This document shows positions 22,068-33,136 of a DNA stretch of 64,000 nt, in pieces (the stretch's first letter is position 1; each line of letters opens with the position of its first letter). The notes under the pieces are model-generated. The model saw nothing but the letters and a program-made list of their open reading frames with translations, made no database searches and had not been told where the DNA came from. The stretch covers positions 2,180 to 66,179 of the forward strand of contig CAZQJU010000005.1 of the NCBI GenBank assembly GCA_964593185.1. The letters are read 5' to 3'. The stretch comes from an uncultured Roseivirgaceae bacterium. Its GTDB lineage: Bacteria > Bacteroidota > Bacteroidia > Cytophagales > Cyclobacteriaceae. The position numbers and the translations under genes are program-made.

Positions 22068-23039
22068 ATGGCTAGAATACTTACCGGAATTCAAAGCTCC
22101 GGAAAACCTCACTTAGGGAACCTTCTTGGTGCAATTAAGCCAGCCATAAAACTCTCGCAAGAATCAGACAATGAATCGTTCTTTTTCATTGCTGACCTTC
22201 ATTCCCTCACCACCATCAAGGATCCAGACACTCGAATTTCAAATGTTCATGCAGTTGCAGCCGCCTGGCTTGCCTGCGGATTCGATACATCGAAAAACAC
22301 CTTCTATCGGCAGTCTAAAGTCCCGGTGTGTACCGAATTGACATGGTATCTCAGCTGCTTTGCCCCGTACCCAATGCTTGCGAATGCCACATCTTTTAAA
22401 GACAAATCAGATCGTCTTGCAGACGTCAATACCGGTATCTTTACCTACCCAATTTTGATGGCCTCGGACATTTTATTGTACGATGCTGAATTTGTTCCCG
22501 TCGGCAAGGATCAAAAGCAGCATCTGGAAATCACTCGAGACTTGGCAACTTCCTTCAATCACCAGTACGGAGACACTTTTGTGGTCCCAGAGCCACTCAT
22601 TGATGATCGCGTTATGACCATACCGGGAACTGACGGGCAAAAAATGAGCAAGAGCTACGGCAACATCTTGGATGTATTCCTTCCTGAAAAAAAGCTGCGA
22701 AAAAATGTGATGCAGATTGTTACGGACAGTACGCCATTGGAGGAACCAAAAGACCCGGATACCTGCAATGTTTATGCGATCTACAAACTGCTTGCCTCCC
22801 CCCAAGAGGATCAAGCAATGAGGAAAAAATACCAAGGTGGCAATTACGGATATGGACACGCAAAGCAAGAACTCTTTGAATTGTTGCTCCGCGAGTTCAA
22901 AACAGAGCGTGAGAAGTACGATTATTACATGAACAATATCGCCGAACTGGAGGGTGAATTGGAAAAAGGAGAAAAAAAAGCAACTGAAATCGCCAATACG
23001 GTTTTAGATAAAGTCAAAGTTAGACTCGGATTTATGTAA
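22068..23039 (+). CDS. trpS: Tryptophan--tRNA ligase
   Basis: 'TGIQSSGKPHLGN', 'VPVGKDQKQHLE', 'KMSKS'; TAGGTTTG -7 box just upstream. Confidence 0.97.
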   Translation: MARILTGIQSSGKPHLGNLLGAIKPAIKLSQESDNESFFFIADLHSLTTIKDPDTRISNVHAVAAAWLACGFDTSKNTFYRQSKVPVCTELTWYLSCFAPYPMLANATSFKDKSDRLADVNTGIFTYPILMASDILLYDAEFVPVGKDQKQHLEITRDLATSFNHQYGDTFVVPEPLIDDRVMTIPGTDGQKMSKSYGNILDVFLPEKKLRKNVMQIVTDSTPLEEPKDPDTCNVYAIYKLLASPQEDQAMRKKYQGGNYGYGHAKQELFELLLREFKTEREKYDYYMNNIAELEGELEKGEKKATEIANTVLDKVKVRLGFM

Positions 23040-23050
23040 CTTAGGTAACA

Positions 23051-24757
23051 ATGGAATCGAAACAAAAAGCAACCCTTTGGCTAGAAGCCAAAAACGTAGA
23101 TCAATCATCAAAAAAGGAAATAAACCAGCTCCTCCAAAACCAAGAAGAACTGGATGAAGCCTTTCTAAACGACCTTGAGTTCGGTACCGGCGGACTTCGG
23201 GGCATCATGGGTATTGGAACCAGCAGGATAAATAAATACACCGTAGGGATGGCAACCCAAGGTTTTGCAAACTATCTAAAAAAGGAGAATTCTGGTGAAA
23301 TCAAAGTGGCAATTGCACATGATAGCCGCAACAACAGCCGCTTCTTTGCTGAAACTACCGCGAATGTTTTTGCCGCAAACGGTATCAAAGCTTACTTGTT
23401 TGAAGATTTACGACCTACTCCAGAACTCTCTTTTGCAATCCGTCATCTTGGGTGCAGTGGCGGAGTGGTACTTACTGCATCGCACAACCCAAAAGAATAC
23501 AACGGCTACAAGGCCTACTGGAACGATGGAGGCCAGCTAATCGCTCCACATGATAAAAACGTCGTTGAGGAAGTAGCTAAAATTGGAAGTATCGATGAAG
23601 TGCGTTTTGATGCTGATCCATCGTTGATCGAAGTGCTTGGTGAAGACTTGGATAAAGCCTACTTATCGAAGGTCAAAGAACTCTCCCTTCTAAGCCGGGA
23701 GACCATTGAAAGTTCCAACCTAAAGATCGTTTTTTCTTCGATCCACGGCACTGGCATTACGCTGATTCCAAGAGCGCTTAAAGAGCTTGGTTTCCAAGAT
23801 GTACACGTTGTGGAAGAGCAAGCCATAGCAGACGGCAACTTTCCTACGGTCGTTTACCCCAATCCGGAAGAGAAAGAAGCGATGTCCATGGCCTTACAGC
23901 AAGGAGAAGAGAAGGGTGCAGATTTGATTTTAGCAACGGATCCGGATACCGACCGTGTTGGAATAGCAGTGCAAAATACAAAGGGAGCTTACCAGTTGCT
24001 CAACGGGAATCAAACAGGAGCTTTGTTGATCTACTACCTCGTTTCTAAATGGAAGGAAAGAGGTCTTAAGGGAAATGAATTTGTTGCAAAGACCATTGTC
24101 ACTACAGAATTGATTCGAGATATCGCAGACAAAAACGGTATTACTTGCTACGATACATTGACAGGGTTTAAGTTCATTGCGGACTTAATTCGAAAACTCG
24201 AGGGCAAAGAAAAGTTTATTGGTGGAGGTGAGGAAAGCTATGGATACCTCATTGGAGATGAAGTGCGAGATAAAGATGCAGTCGCAAGTGCCGTGATGAT
24301 TGCGGAAATGGCGGCGTGGGCAAAAAGTAATGGAAAAACAGTATTTGAACTGTTGATCAATATCTATCAAGAATTTGGGGTATACCTTGAGTCCCTTAAA
24401 TCAATCACGAAGAAAGGGCTGAAAGGAGCAGATGAAATCAAGAAAATGATGGAGGATTTCAGAAATTCGCCACCTTCGATGTTAGCTGGTTCGCCGGTAA
24501 AACGTAGCATTGACTACCAATCGGGTATCCTAACCAATGCCGATGGATCTACAGAAACTGTTGATTTCCCTAAGTCGAATGTGCTCCAATTCCTAACCGA
24601 GGATTCTACCAAAGTGAGCCTACGCCCTTCGGGAACCGAACCAAAAATCAAATTCTATTTTTCTGTAAGAGCCGATTTCGAAGGTGAGGACTATTATGCG
24701 ATGGAGGAAAATCTTCAACATAAAGTTCATAACTTATTGACAGACTTGAATTTGTGA
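23051..24757 (+). CDS. Phosphoglucomutase/phosphomannomutase family phospho-sugar mutase
   Basis: 'FGTGGLRG', 'TASHNP', 'DPDTDR', 'GEESYG', 'RPSGTEPK'. Confidence 0.95.
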   Translation: MESKQKATLWLEAKNVDQSSKKEINQLLQNQEELDEAFLNDLEFGTGGLRGIMGIGTSRINKYTVGMATQGFANYLKKENSGEIKVAIAHDSRNNSRFFAETTANVFAANGIKAYLFEDLRPTPELSFAIRHLGCSGGVVLTASHNPKEYNGYKAYWNDGGQLIAPHDKNVVEEVAKIGSIDEVRFDADPSLIEVLGEDLDKAYLSKVKELSLLSRETIESSNLKIVFSSIHGTGITLIPRALKELGFQDVHVVEEQAIADGNFPTVVYPNPEEKEAMSMALQQGEEKGADLILATDPDTDRVGIAVQNTKGAYQLLNGNQTGALLIYYLVSKWKERGLKGNEFVAKTIVTTELIRDIADKNGITCYDTLTGFKFIADLIRKLEGKEKFIGGGEESYGYLIGDEVRDKDAVASAVMIAEMAAWAKSNGKTVFELLINIYQEFGVYLESLKSITKKGLKGADEIKKMMEDFRNSPPSMLAGSPVKRSIDYQSGILTNADGSTETVDFPKSNVLQFLTEDSTKVSLRPSGTEPKIKFYFSVRADFEGEDYYAMEENLQHKVHNLLTDLNL

Positions 24758-24857
24758 TCCTTATCGAAATAGTTAGATTAAATATTTTAAATATGTTTAA
24801 TTTGCGACTGTCATACAGTGTTATGATACCAAGTCACCATAATTAACCTGATACAGC

Positions 24858-25862
24858 TTGAGTACAATTCTGTTAAACTTCTTTCTTGTCGTCGTAGGCT
24901 TTGTACTACTTATCAAAGGAGCAGATTTCCTTGTTAATGGTGCATCCTCTCTGGCAAAAAGGTTTAACGTATCCGACATAGCCATTGGTCTCACGGTTGT
25001 GGCCATGGGTACCTCGGCTCCAGAATTGGTAGTGAACATCATTTCGGGTTCAAGGGAAGTTGAAGGAGTTGGTAATGAACTGGTCTTTGGGAACATCATC
25101 GGATCCAATATTTTCAATATCTTCCTGATCCTTGGTATATCAAGTATCATCTACCCGCTAACAGTCGAAAGAAACGCGCTTTGGAAAGAAGTCCCCTACT
25201 CCTTGCTGGCGACCTTCGTATTCTTTGTCCTCGTCAATGACGCACTTTTCTTCGGAGCATCCTCCGACGGATTGGATGTAAAAGACGGACTCATTCTTCT
25301 CGTGATGTTTGCGCTCTTTCTGATTTACATCTTCATGAACATACGGAGAAATCCCGAGGCAGAGGTTGATGATATCGAGGTCATGGGAAATCTCAAAACG
25401 ACCCTGATGATCGTATTTGGAATCGCCGGACTCGTATTTGGAGGGAATCTGATCGTAGACAATGCTACGGACATTGCAAAATCTTTCGGAGTAAGCGACA
25501 AAATGATTGGGCTAACAATATTGGCTGCTGGTACTTCGCTTCCTGAGCTCGCGACTTCTGCTGTTGCGGCTTTTCACAAAAAATCAGATCTTGCTGTGGG
25601 CAACATAGTTGGATCCAATATCTTCAATCTTTTGCTCGTACTGGGTGCCACGTCACTCATTCATGCACCGCTGACTTACAATGCATCCCTAAATACAGAT
25701 TTGTACATCGTGATGATCGGAACCTTTATGTTGTTCCTTTTCATGTTTACACTGAATAAGTATAAGCTAGATCGTGCTGAAGGTGCTGTTTACTTGATTG
25801 GCTTCTTGGCCTATTCATACTACCTTTTCGTTCGAGAAAATATTCTACCAGGTTTTTTCTAA
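24858..25862 (+). CDS. Calcium/sodium antiporter (YrbG/CaCA family)
   Basis: Two alpha repeats 'GTSAPEL'/'GTSLPEL', each followed by 'GSNIFN'; many TM helices. Confidence 0.93.
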   Translation: MSTILLNFFLVVVGFVLLIKGADFLVNGASSLAKRFNVSDIAIGLTVVAMGTSAPELVVNIISGSREVEGVGNELVFGNIIGSNIFNIFLILGISSIIYPLTVERNALWKEVPYSLLATFVFFVLVNDALFFGASSDGLDVKDGLILLVMFALFLIYIFMNIRRNPEAEVDDIEVMGNLKTTLMIVFGIAGLVFGGNLIVDNATDIAKSFGVSDKMIGLTILAAGTSLPELATSAVAAFHKKSDLAVGNIVGSNIFNLLLVLGATSLIHAPLTYNASLNTDLYIVMIGTFMLFLFMFTLNKYKLDRAEGAVYLIGFLAYSYYLFVRENILPGFF

Positions 25863-25874
25863 AATTTAACTTCT

Positions 25875-27482
25875 ATGTTTCCACAAATAGATCCCACTAC
25901 TACCAAGTCTTGGGAGAAATTGCTGGCATTGGCAAAATCGGATTCAGGCGATATCAAAGGCCTATTTGAAGATCAAAATAGATTTGGAAAACTCAGTTTC
26001 CGTCATGGAGACTTTCTCTTTGATTTTTCAAAAAACGATGTTTCTGAAACGGTACTAGAAACGCTGCAGGAACTCGCAAACGAGTGCAAATTGGCGGATG
26101 CAATCAGCGCCCAATTTGCAGGTGAACAGATCAATGAGACCGAACACCGAGCAGTGCTACATACGGCCCTCCGTAATTTGGACAGTACGGAAGAAAATGG
26201 CCAAAAAGTACACGCAGAATTAGCTAAGATTAAGTCGTTCTCTGACCGGGTTTTAACAGGAGCCTGGAAAGGCTTCTCCGGAAAGGCCATCACCAACGTT
26301 GTGAACATTGGCATTGGTGGATCAGATCTAGGACCTAAAATGGTTGCGCATGCCCTTCGGGACTGCTGGTCTACCATCACACCTCATTACATTTCCAATG
26401 TAGATGCAGCACAGCTTGTGGAAGAACTATCGGGTCTTGATCCGGAAACCACGCTCTTCATTGTTGCATCCAAGACCTTCACCACACAAGAAACCATGAC
26501 CAATGCGCAAACGGCAAAAAATTGGTTTATAGAGAATGGAGGATCGCAAGACAGCATTGCGAACCATTTTGTTGCGGTAAGTACAAACGCGGAGGCTGTA
26601 AAAAAATTTGGTATTGCTGAAGAAAACATGTTTGTCTTCTGGGATTGGGTCGGCGGACGGTATTCCCTATGGTCTGCGATTGGATTAAGCATTGCTTGCT
26701 CGGCAGGATATGAGGCATTTGAGGAGCTACTCAGAGGAGCTCATGAGATGGATGAGCATTTCCAAACTGCTGCTTTTACGGAAAACATGCCGGTTTTGGC
26801 AGCCTTGATTGGGATCTGGTACAACAATTTCTTAGGCTACGAATCATTGGCAATATTACCGTACGACCACAGGTTGAGGTTCCTTCCATCCTATCTCCAA
26901 CAAGCGGATATGGAGAGCAACGGGAAATATGTTAGTAGAGATGGCCAAAAAATAGCTCATCAATCAGGCCCTATCATCTGGGGAGAACCAGGCACCAATG
27001 GTCAGCATGCTTTTTATCAGCTAATACATCAGGGCACCAAGATCATCCCAGTCGAATTTATTGCGTTTGCGCATGCTTCACATACTCACGAGGATCATCA
27101 CGACAAACTTCTGGCTAATTTTTTCGCGCAGTCAGAGGCATTGCTCAACGGAAAATCAGAAAAGCAGGTTAGGGCTGAAATGCAAGGAAATGTGAACGAA
27201 AAGCTTATCCCTTTCAAAGTCTTTGAAGGAGACAGACCATCTACCTCTATACTCATCAAAGCACTGACTCCCTTTAATTTAGGGAAACTGATTGCCTTGT
27301 ATGAACACAAGATATTTGTCCAGGGTGTTATTTGGAACATTTTCAGCTTCGATCAGTGGGGTGTGGAATTAGGAAAACAACTCGCCAAACCAATCCTCGA
27401 GGAAATCAAAAGTGGACAAGTGGGTGATCACGACTCCTCCACAAATGGGTTGATGAAAGCCTTTCAGGAGTTTCGTAAGTAG
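25875..27482 (+). CDS. pgi: Glucose-6-phosphate isomerase
   Basis: '[10 protein letters not shown]', '[10 protein letters not shown]', 'WVGGRYS', '[11 protein letters not shown]', 'DQWGVELGK'. Confidence 0.98.
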   Translation: MFPQIDPTTTKSWEKLLALAKSDSGDIKGLFEDQNRFGKLSFRHGDFLFDFSKNDVSETVLETLQELANECKLADAISAQFAGEQINETEHRAVLHTALRNLDSTEENGQKVHAELAKIKSFSDRVLTGAWKGFSGKAITNVVNIGIGGSDLGPKMVAHALRDCWSTITPHYISNVDAAQLVEELSGLDPETTLFIVASKTFTTQETMTNAQTAKNWFIENGGSQDSIANHFVAVSTNAEAVKKFGIAEENMFVFWDWVGGRYSLWSAIGLSIACSAGYEAFEELLRGAHEMDEHFQTAAFTENMPVLAALIGIWYNNFLGYESLAILPYDHRLRFLPSYLQQADMESNGKYVSRDGQKIAHQSGPIIWGEPGTNGQHAFYQLIHQGTKIIPVEFIAFAHASHTHEDHHDKLLANFFAQSEALLNGKSEKQVRAEMQGNVNEKLIPFKVFEGDRPSTSILIKALTPFNLGKLIALYEHKIFVQGVIWNIFSFDQWGVELGKQLAKPILEEIKSGQVGDHDSSTNGLMKAFQEFRK

Positions 27483-28201
27483 CTGGCAAGAATTCCAGTG
27501 GCAATCCCAACGTTAAGTGACTCGGCGTCACCCTTCCTTGGGATGGAGATTTTTTGACTAATGAGGCTCGACACTTCTGCGCTAATGCCATGTGATTCAC
27601 TGCCCATGACGATCACAGAGGCCGGACGAATAGCGGTTTCATAGACATTGGAGCCCCCTGCGTCAGCGCCCAGAATAGGTGCTTCAATGGCAGAAAGAAG
27701 TGTCGTCAGGTCTTCGTAGTAAACCTCCATTCTGGTGAAAGACCCCATGGTACTCGCGATTGTTTTGGGGTGATAGAACTCCGCACAGTCCCTTGAGCAA
27801 ACCAGCTTCTGATAACCAAACCAGTCAAGCGTCCGAATAATTGTGCCCAAATTTCCCGGGTCTCCAACTCCATCCAAAACAAACAAGTGATCATCAATGG
27901 TATTGCTAAAAGCTTTAGTCTCCTTCTGCTTCACTTGTGCTAAACACGTTTCATTGGTTTTGAATGAGCCTAGCTGGGACAGTAATGTGGCTGTCACCAC
28001 TTCCGTGCGTCGAGCAGCGAGGGTCTTTGTATTAAGTTCTGGGAAGAACGACTCCGTCGAAAGGACCATTTCAACTTCAAAATCCGAAGCTAAAAGTTCT
28101 TGCACATTTTTAGCTCCTTCTACGATAAATCGTTTTTCCCGCGTCCGGTACTTCTTAATTTTGAGTGATTGTATATATTTCTGTTCCTTCTTTGAGAGCA
28201 C
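27464..28201 (-). CDS. TrmH/SpoU family RNA methyltransferase
   Basis: '[11 protein letters not shown]', 'MGSESHGIS', 'ESLNVG'; GTG start. Confidence 0.93.
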   Translation of the reverse strand: MLSKKEQKYIQSLKIKKYRTREKRFIVEGAKNVQELLASDFEVEMVLSTESFFPELNTKTLAARRTEVVTATLLSQLGSFKTNETCLAQVKQKETKAFSNTIDDHLFVLDGVGDPGNLGTIIRTLDWFGYQKLVCSRDCAEFYHPKTIASTMGSFTRMEVYYEDLTTLLSAIEAPILGADAGGSNVYETAIRPASVIVMGSESHGISAEVSSLISQKISIPRKGDAESLNVGIATGILASYLRNS

Positions 28202-28205
28202 TGGA

Positions 28206-30914
28206 TTGAAGCAATTTCTTAAACTAAATCAAATATCATTATTTGCTGGGATATTCCTAACGTCTTGCCTTGGTTCTAAATTTCTACACGAAGATGAGCA
28301 GATCCTGGCAAAGCAACGAATTGAAGGGATTGAAGGAAGCTTACTGGATCAGTCTTATACGCTCCTACCCGAACAGAAAAATACCCGCTTTATCAGTCTC
28401 CCCTTTACCCACCTTGCTCATATCTATCAGCTTGGAAAAAATGGTATTGTCATTGGCCCCAAAGTTGAAAGAAAACAAATGCGACTACGAGACAAAGTAG
28501 AGATTTTTAACAGAAGAATTCAAAAGGCGGACGCTCCGGAAAGAAAAACGAAACTTCAAAAACGAAGAGATAAGTTTGTTTCCAAAAAGCAAAAGCGAAT
28601 TGATTCCAAAGATGGTGCAGCGCAATTGGTACTGATTCGCGGTTTCAGTAAAGAGAAGGCGAAAGAACAAGAAAAGGAACTCTCAACCTACTATGATGAG
28701 AAAATAGCCACAACCAAAAAAGAAAACAAAAAGGATCGATTACGCGCTAAGAAGGCTAGGAAAATCGATAAGAAACGACGGAAAATTAACCAAGGCAATC
28801 AGGTTATGCGGTGGGGAGAACCGCTGTCGATCTATAATCACAACAAGGCAAGGTTAGCAGCAAACGACATTAACAATTACCTGTACTCTCAAGGCTATTT
28901 TAAATCCAGCGTATCCATTGATACTGTTCAGCTGGACAGCTTGAAACCGCCGCGAAGGTTTCGACGCAAAGTTCGGAATTGGTTTAGTCGAATCGCTGGT
29001 GCCAAGTACCGATACATCAATTTGGTATTCGAGGTGGATAAGAAAAGCAGGTATGTCGTCGATTCTATTCAGTACCATATTCAGGATCAAGCACTTAAAA
29101 ATTTACTGGAAACGAACATGAGCCAAAGTCCGTTGCTCAAGGGATACTACTCACAGGAAATGCTGGCCTCGGAGCGAGATTATATTTACAACCTTGCGAT
29201 CAACAATGGCTACTATGAATTCTCCAAAAGTTATGTGATGTTTCAGATTGATTCTACGCAATTAGGTAGGGATTCTCTAATTGTTCGAGAAATCATATCA
29301 AACCCCACAAACAAAAGCCATCACAAGGTATTTCATCTGGATTCTATTGTATTCGTTTCAGAAGCGAGTATTAGTCAGTCATTTACCCGTTACGAAACCA
29401 GTTTTGAAGACATCACCTTCAGCTTTGCGAAAAAGAAATACCCAGAACGAATACTTGGATGGAGGATTCCGATGGAAAAAAATGACTTGTACAGCAGAGC
29501 ACAGACCATTGAAACCCAACGGCAGCTTTCCTTCTTAGATAATTTCAAGTTTGTCAATATCAACTATGACACCACAGGCGGCAAGTTTATCGCAAATATT
29601 TTCACCTCTCCTTTTGAGAAGTTCCAAACTTCAAGTGAGTTTGGGCTAAGCAGTACCCTGGGAAATAACCAGGGAAATCCAGGCCCCTTTTTCAATTTGA
29701 ACTTAAAGAACCGCAATGCCTTCAATTTATTGGAAATCACCAGTTTCGATTTCAATGCCAAGCTGCAAGACCTTAGCCCCGTAAGAGATGACATAAGCAG
29801 TGACTTCACCGGAGCTTACACTAGTAGACAAATCGGTGGAGAAATCTCGATAAGTTTCCCTCAGTTTGTGTTTCCCATCGGAAATAAAAACCAAAATAAG
29901 ATCGGTAGATACAATCCCAAGACCCGTTTTTCATTTGGGGCTGTGTACGAAGATCGTGTGGAGGAGTACGAAAGATTAGAATACAATGGAGCCATTGCCT
30001 ATAGCTGGCAGGTACAGGATCGTATCAGGTACACCATCACTCCATCCAAAATTCGGTGGATTGATTCACAAAATTCATCTGAATTTGAGGTCTTCATTGA
30101 TTCCCTAATTGAAGTGAGAAACTCCTACGCCAATGCATTTAGATCGGCGGTAGTGAGTTCCAGTTCCTTTGAAAGAATTCAAAATTTCGGAGACTATTCA
30201 AACGGAGGAAATGGAGCGTTTCTACGAACCTACTTTGAGGTGGGAGGACAGTTCAACAAGCTCCTTTCCAGTTCATTTTTTGGAGACGAACTTGAAGAGT
30301 TTAGCTATATAAAAACCAATATTGACTTTCGAAGAATTCACCGCCTAAGCAGCAAGTACAACTTAGCCTACCGGGTTAACCTGGGCTATGCCTACCCTTT
30401 TGGTGACAACAGAGGTCTCCCCTACGATGGCTACTTCTATGCTGGAGGAAGCAGCAGCATTAGAGGTTGGAGACCTAGGAGGTTAGGTCCAGGTTCGTTC
30501 GTGACGTTTCAAGAAGATGGGGAAGGAAACCTTACCAACGAAATCAATGACGAAATTGAGCAGCCCGGTGAGATCCTGATTGAATCATCCATTGAGCTCC
30601 GAAGAGATTTAGTCGGATTCATGGAAGGCGCCCTGTTTATCGATGCAGGAAACGTATGGAGGATTGAAAACAATACCGATGATCCTGAGTACGGCAAAGC
30701 CGTATTTCGTTTTGATAATTTTGCGAGTCAAATTGCGGTAGCAGGTGGAGCAGGACTACGCTTTGATCTGCAGTTTCTCATCCTTCGATTGGATCTTGGT
30801 GCCAAGCTTGTTGACCCTGCAAAAGACCGAGATAATAGATTTGTAGGACGAAACCTTTTCAACAACTTTCGGGACAATACGGAAATCAATATTGGGATTG
30901 GATACCCTTTTTAA
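28206..30914 (+). CDS. tamL: TamL/BamA-family (Omp85) outer membrane lipoprotein
   Basis: Lipobox LTSC after TTG start at 28206; POTRA-like segments; Omp85 lid motif 'YAGGSSSIRGW'; ends IGYPF. The ORF-track extension to 27897 is antisense to TrmH. Confidence 0.88.
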   Translation: MKQFLKLNQISLFAGIFLTSCLGSKFLHEDEQILAKQRIEGIEGSLLDQSYTLLPEQKNTRFISLPFTHLAHIYQLGKNGIVIGPKVERKQMRLRDKVEIFNRRIQKADAPERKTKLQKRRDKFVSKKQKRIDSKDGAAQLVLIRGFSKEKAKEQEKELSTYYDEKIATTKKENKKDRLRAKKARKIDKKRRKINQGNQVMRWGEPLSIYNHNKARLAANDINNYLYSQGYFKSSVSIDTVQLDSLKPPRRFRRKVRNWFSRIAGAKYRYINLVFEVDKKSRYVVDSIQYHIQDQALKNLLETNMSQSPLLKGYYSQEMLASERDYIYNLAINNGYYEFSKSYVMFQIDSTQLGRDSLIVREIISNPTNKSHHKVFHLDSIVFVSEASISQSFTRYETSFEDITFSFAKKKYPERILGWRIPMEKNDLYSRAQTIETQRQLSFLDNFKFVNINYDTTGGKFIANIFTSPFEKFQTSSEFGLSSTLGNNQGNPGPFFNLNLKNRNAFNLLEITSFDFNAKLQDLSPVRDDISSDFTGAYTSRQIGGEISISFPQFVFPIGNKNQNKIGRYNPKTRFSFGAVYEDRVEEYERLEYNGAIAYSWQVQDRIRYTITPSKIRWIDSQNSSEFEVFIDSLIEVRNSYANAFRSAVVSSSSFERIQNFGDYSNGGNGAFLRTYFEVGGQFNKLLSSSFFGDELEEFSYIKTNIDFRRIHRLSSKYNLAYRVNLGYAYPFGDNRGLPYDGYFYAGGSSSIRGWRPRRLGPGSFVTFQEDGEGNLTNEINDEIEQPGEILIESSIELRRDLVGFMEGALFIDAGNVWRIENNTDDPEYGKAVFRFDNFASQIAVAGGAGLRFDLQFLILRLDLGAKLVDPAKDRDNRFVGRNLFNNFRDNTEINIGIGYPF

Positions 30915-31822
30915 TGGATACGGTAGATAAAACAGAAATTACAAATTGGTTTAAATCATTGCAGGACCAGATCTGCAATGGCCTGGAGGCCCTTGACGGA
31001 AATAGTACCTTTCTCGAGGAGCAATGGACAAGACCTGAAGGCGGTGGCGGAAGATCTCGCGTGATCAAACAGGGAAACCTCATCGAAAAGGGAGGTGTGA
31101 ATTTCTCTGCTGTGGAGGGTGAGACGCCTAAAAAGATTCTCGATGCGTTAAGCTTACCAAAATCTGATTTTTACGCTACCGGAGTTTCCATTGTACTGCA
31201 CCCACAAAATCCCTGGGTTCCTATCATCCACATGAACATCCGGTACTTTGAGATGAGTAATGGCATTTGGTGGTTCGGCGGCGGTATTGATCTGACACCC
31301 CACATTATTATCAAGGAAAAAGCAAAACGCTTCCATACGAGGCTAAAAGAGACGTGTGACCACTATCATGCAGTTTATTATCCGAAATTCAAGCAGTGGG
31401 CTGACGACTATTTTTATGTGAAGCATCGAAATGAAACCCGAGGTATTGGTGGAATCTTCTTTGATCGCCTGGCACAAGATTCTGAATTTACCAAGACCCA
31501 ACGCTGGAACTTTGTGCAAGCTGTCGGCGAAACATTTCTTCCCATTTATACGGAGGCTGTTGAAGACCTTCGCAATAGGGATTGGACAGATCAAGACAAG
31601 GTTTGGCAACGAATTAGGAGAGGTAGGTACGTCGAATTCAACTTAGTACATGACAAAGGGACCAAATTTGGGCTGGATACCAATGGTAGAACCGAATCCA
31701 TACTGATGAGCTTGCCGCCTGAGGCCAATTGGGAGTACAATCACGAACCGGAAACAAACGAGCAAAAAAATACCCTTTCGTTGCTTCGAAAGGGTATCGA
31801 TTGGGTTGGTGACCACACTTAA
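30914..31822 (+). CDS. hemF: Oxygen-dependent coproporphyrinogen III oxidase
   Basis: 'EKGGVNFS', 'HMNIRYF', 'WFGGGIDLTP', 'RRGRYVEFNL', 'ESILMSLP'. Confidence 0.96.
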   Translation: MDTVDKTEITNWFKSLQDQICNGLEALDGNSTFLEEQWTRPEGGGGRSRVIKQGNLIEKGGVNFSAVEGETPKKILDALSLPKSDFYATGVSIVLHPQNPWVPIIHMNIRYFEMSNGIWWFGGGIDLTPHIIIKEKAKRFHTRLKETCDHYHAVYYPKFKQWADDYFYVKHRNETRGIGGIFFDRLAQDSEFTKTQRWNFVQAVGETFLPIYTEAVEDLRNRDWTDQDKVWQRIRRGRYVEFNLVHDKGTKFGLDTNGRTESILMSLPPEANWEYNHEPETNEQKNTLSLLRKGIDWVGDHT

Positions 31823-32523
31823 AGCATATTAAACTTTTCCATCAAAGACTCTTTGTAGGAAGCTCCAATGGAGAAATTCTTCTCTCCGATGTAGACTTGC
31901 AAGTCTTCGATTCGGTTGATTTTCGTTCTGTTGATGATGTAACTACGATGTACTCGGCTGAAGATACTCTCAGGTAAGCGTTTCTCAATCCCTTTCATCG
32001 TATGGTGCACAATATGTTTTCTACCTACTTCGGTATTAAAAATCACATAATCTGCAAGGGCTTCTACGAACAGAACATTATCATAAGCCAATCGATATAA
32101 CTTACCATCGCTCTTCACATAAATGTGATCTTCTTTCTCCGCAAGGATTTGCTCCTTCTTGAGGTTTTCTCGGACCTTATTTGCCGCCTTCAAAAATCGT
32201 TCGTACTCGACAGGCTTGACAAGGTAGTCAGCCACCGAGTCCTCAAATGCTTCTGTGGCATACTCACTTTTGGAGGTTACAAGTATAACGTTGTACGCAC
32301 TTTGAAGTGATTTGACCAATTCCAATCCGCTCATTCCAGGCATCTCAATATCCAGGAAGACAACGTCCACATCATTTGAGCTTTCACCTAACAGAATATC
32401 CGAAGCTTCCTTCGTATTGTCCAGGTCATGTGTGAGGGTGAGAAAATCTGTTTTATCAATAAACTTGTTGATTACCAGACGCGACATCTTGTCGTCATCA
32501 ACAACCATGCAATTCAGTGCCAT
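31819..32523 (-). CDS. LytTR family response regulator
   Basis: Receiver domain 'VVDDD...FLDIEMP...KP' plus LytTR 'FSRVHRSYIIN'. Confidence 0.93.
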   Translation of the reverse strand: MALNCMVVDDDKMSRLVINKFIDKTDFLTLTHDLDNTKEASDILLGESSNDVDVVFLDIEMPGMSGLELVKSLQSAYNVILVTSKSEYATEAFEDSVADYLVKPVEYERFLKAANKVRENLKKEQILAEKEDHIYVKSDGKLYRLAYDNVLFVEALADYVIFNTEVGRKHIVHHTMKGIEKRLPESIFSRVHRSYIINRTKINRIEDLQVYIGEKNFSIGASYKESLMEKFNML

Positions 32524-33104
32524 TAGTTACGATTTATGATTTGGTGAATGTACTTTCCTATAATATCAAATTCAATATTGACAGTGTCTCCCTTGGCTAG
32601 TTGATGGAAGTTGGTATGTTCAAAAGTATAAGGAATTATCGCAACAGAAAAGTTTAAGCCATTTACATTAAAACATGTCAGGCTTGTACCATTTATGCAA
32701 ACACTTCCTTTTTCCACGATAAGCCCTGGCGCTTTCAATAAGAAGGTAAAGAGCCAGCTTCCATTCTCATCCTTAATTTCTTGTACTTCAGCGACCGTAT
32801 CTACGTGTCCTTGCACTATGTGGCCGTCAAACCTACTGTCAACCTTCATGCACCGCTCCAGGTTGAGCTTGCCACCAACTTGAGCCAAGCCCAAATTGGA
32901 CTTCTTGAGGGTTTCGTCTATGGCAGTGACCCAATGCGAAGAATCTTCAATCGCCGTGACGGTTAGGCAGACCCCATTATGAGAGATACTTTGGTCTATT
33001 TTCAGTTCCGATGAAATGTCGGAGGAAACCTGAAAATGAAGGTTTGTTTCCTCTTTTTTTATTTCGAGTATTTTCCCGACCGATTCAATAATTCCTGTAA
33101 ACAC
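32523..33104 (-). CDS. ribE: Riboflavin synthase (alpha chain)
   Basis: N-terminal MFTGIIE signature, 'NGVCLTV', 'GHIVQGHVD'. Confidence 0.96.
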   Translation of the reverse strand: MFTGIIESVGKILEIKKEETNLHFQVSSDISSELKIDQSISHNGVCLTVTAIEDSSHWVTAIDETLKKSNLGLAQVGGKLNLERCMKVDSRFDGHIVQGHVDTVAEVQEIKDENGSWLFTFLLKAPGLIVEKGSVCINGTSLTCFNVNGLNFSVAIIPYTFEHTNFHQLAKGDTVNIEFDIIGKYIHQIINRN

Positions 33105-33136
33105 GCTACGCTAACTTTAGGCTCAAAATAAATGAA

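Noticed and set aside
27897-28205. 103-aa N-terminal extension of the TamL ORF
   Set aside because: Lies antisense to TrmH; the lipoprotein signal begins at TTG 28206.
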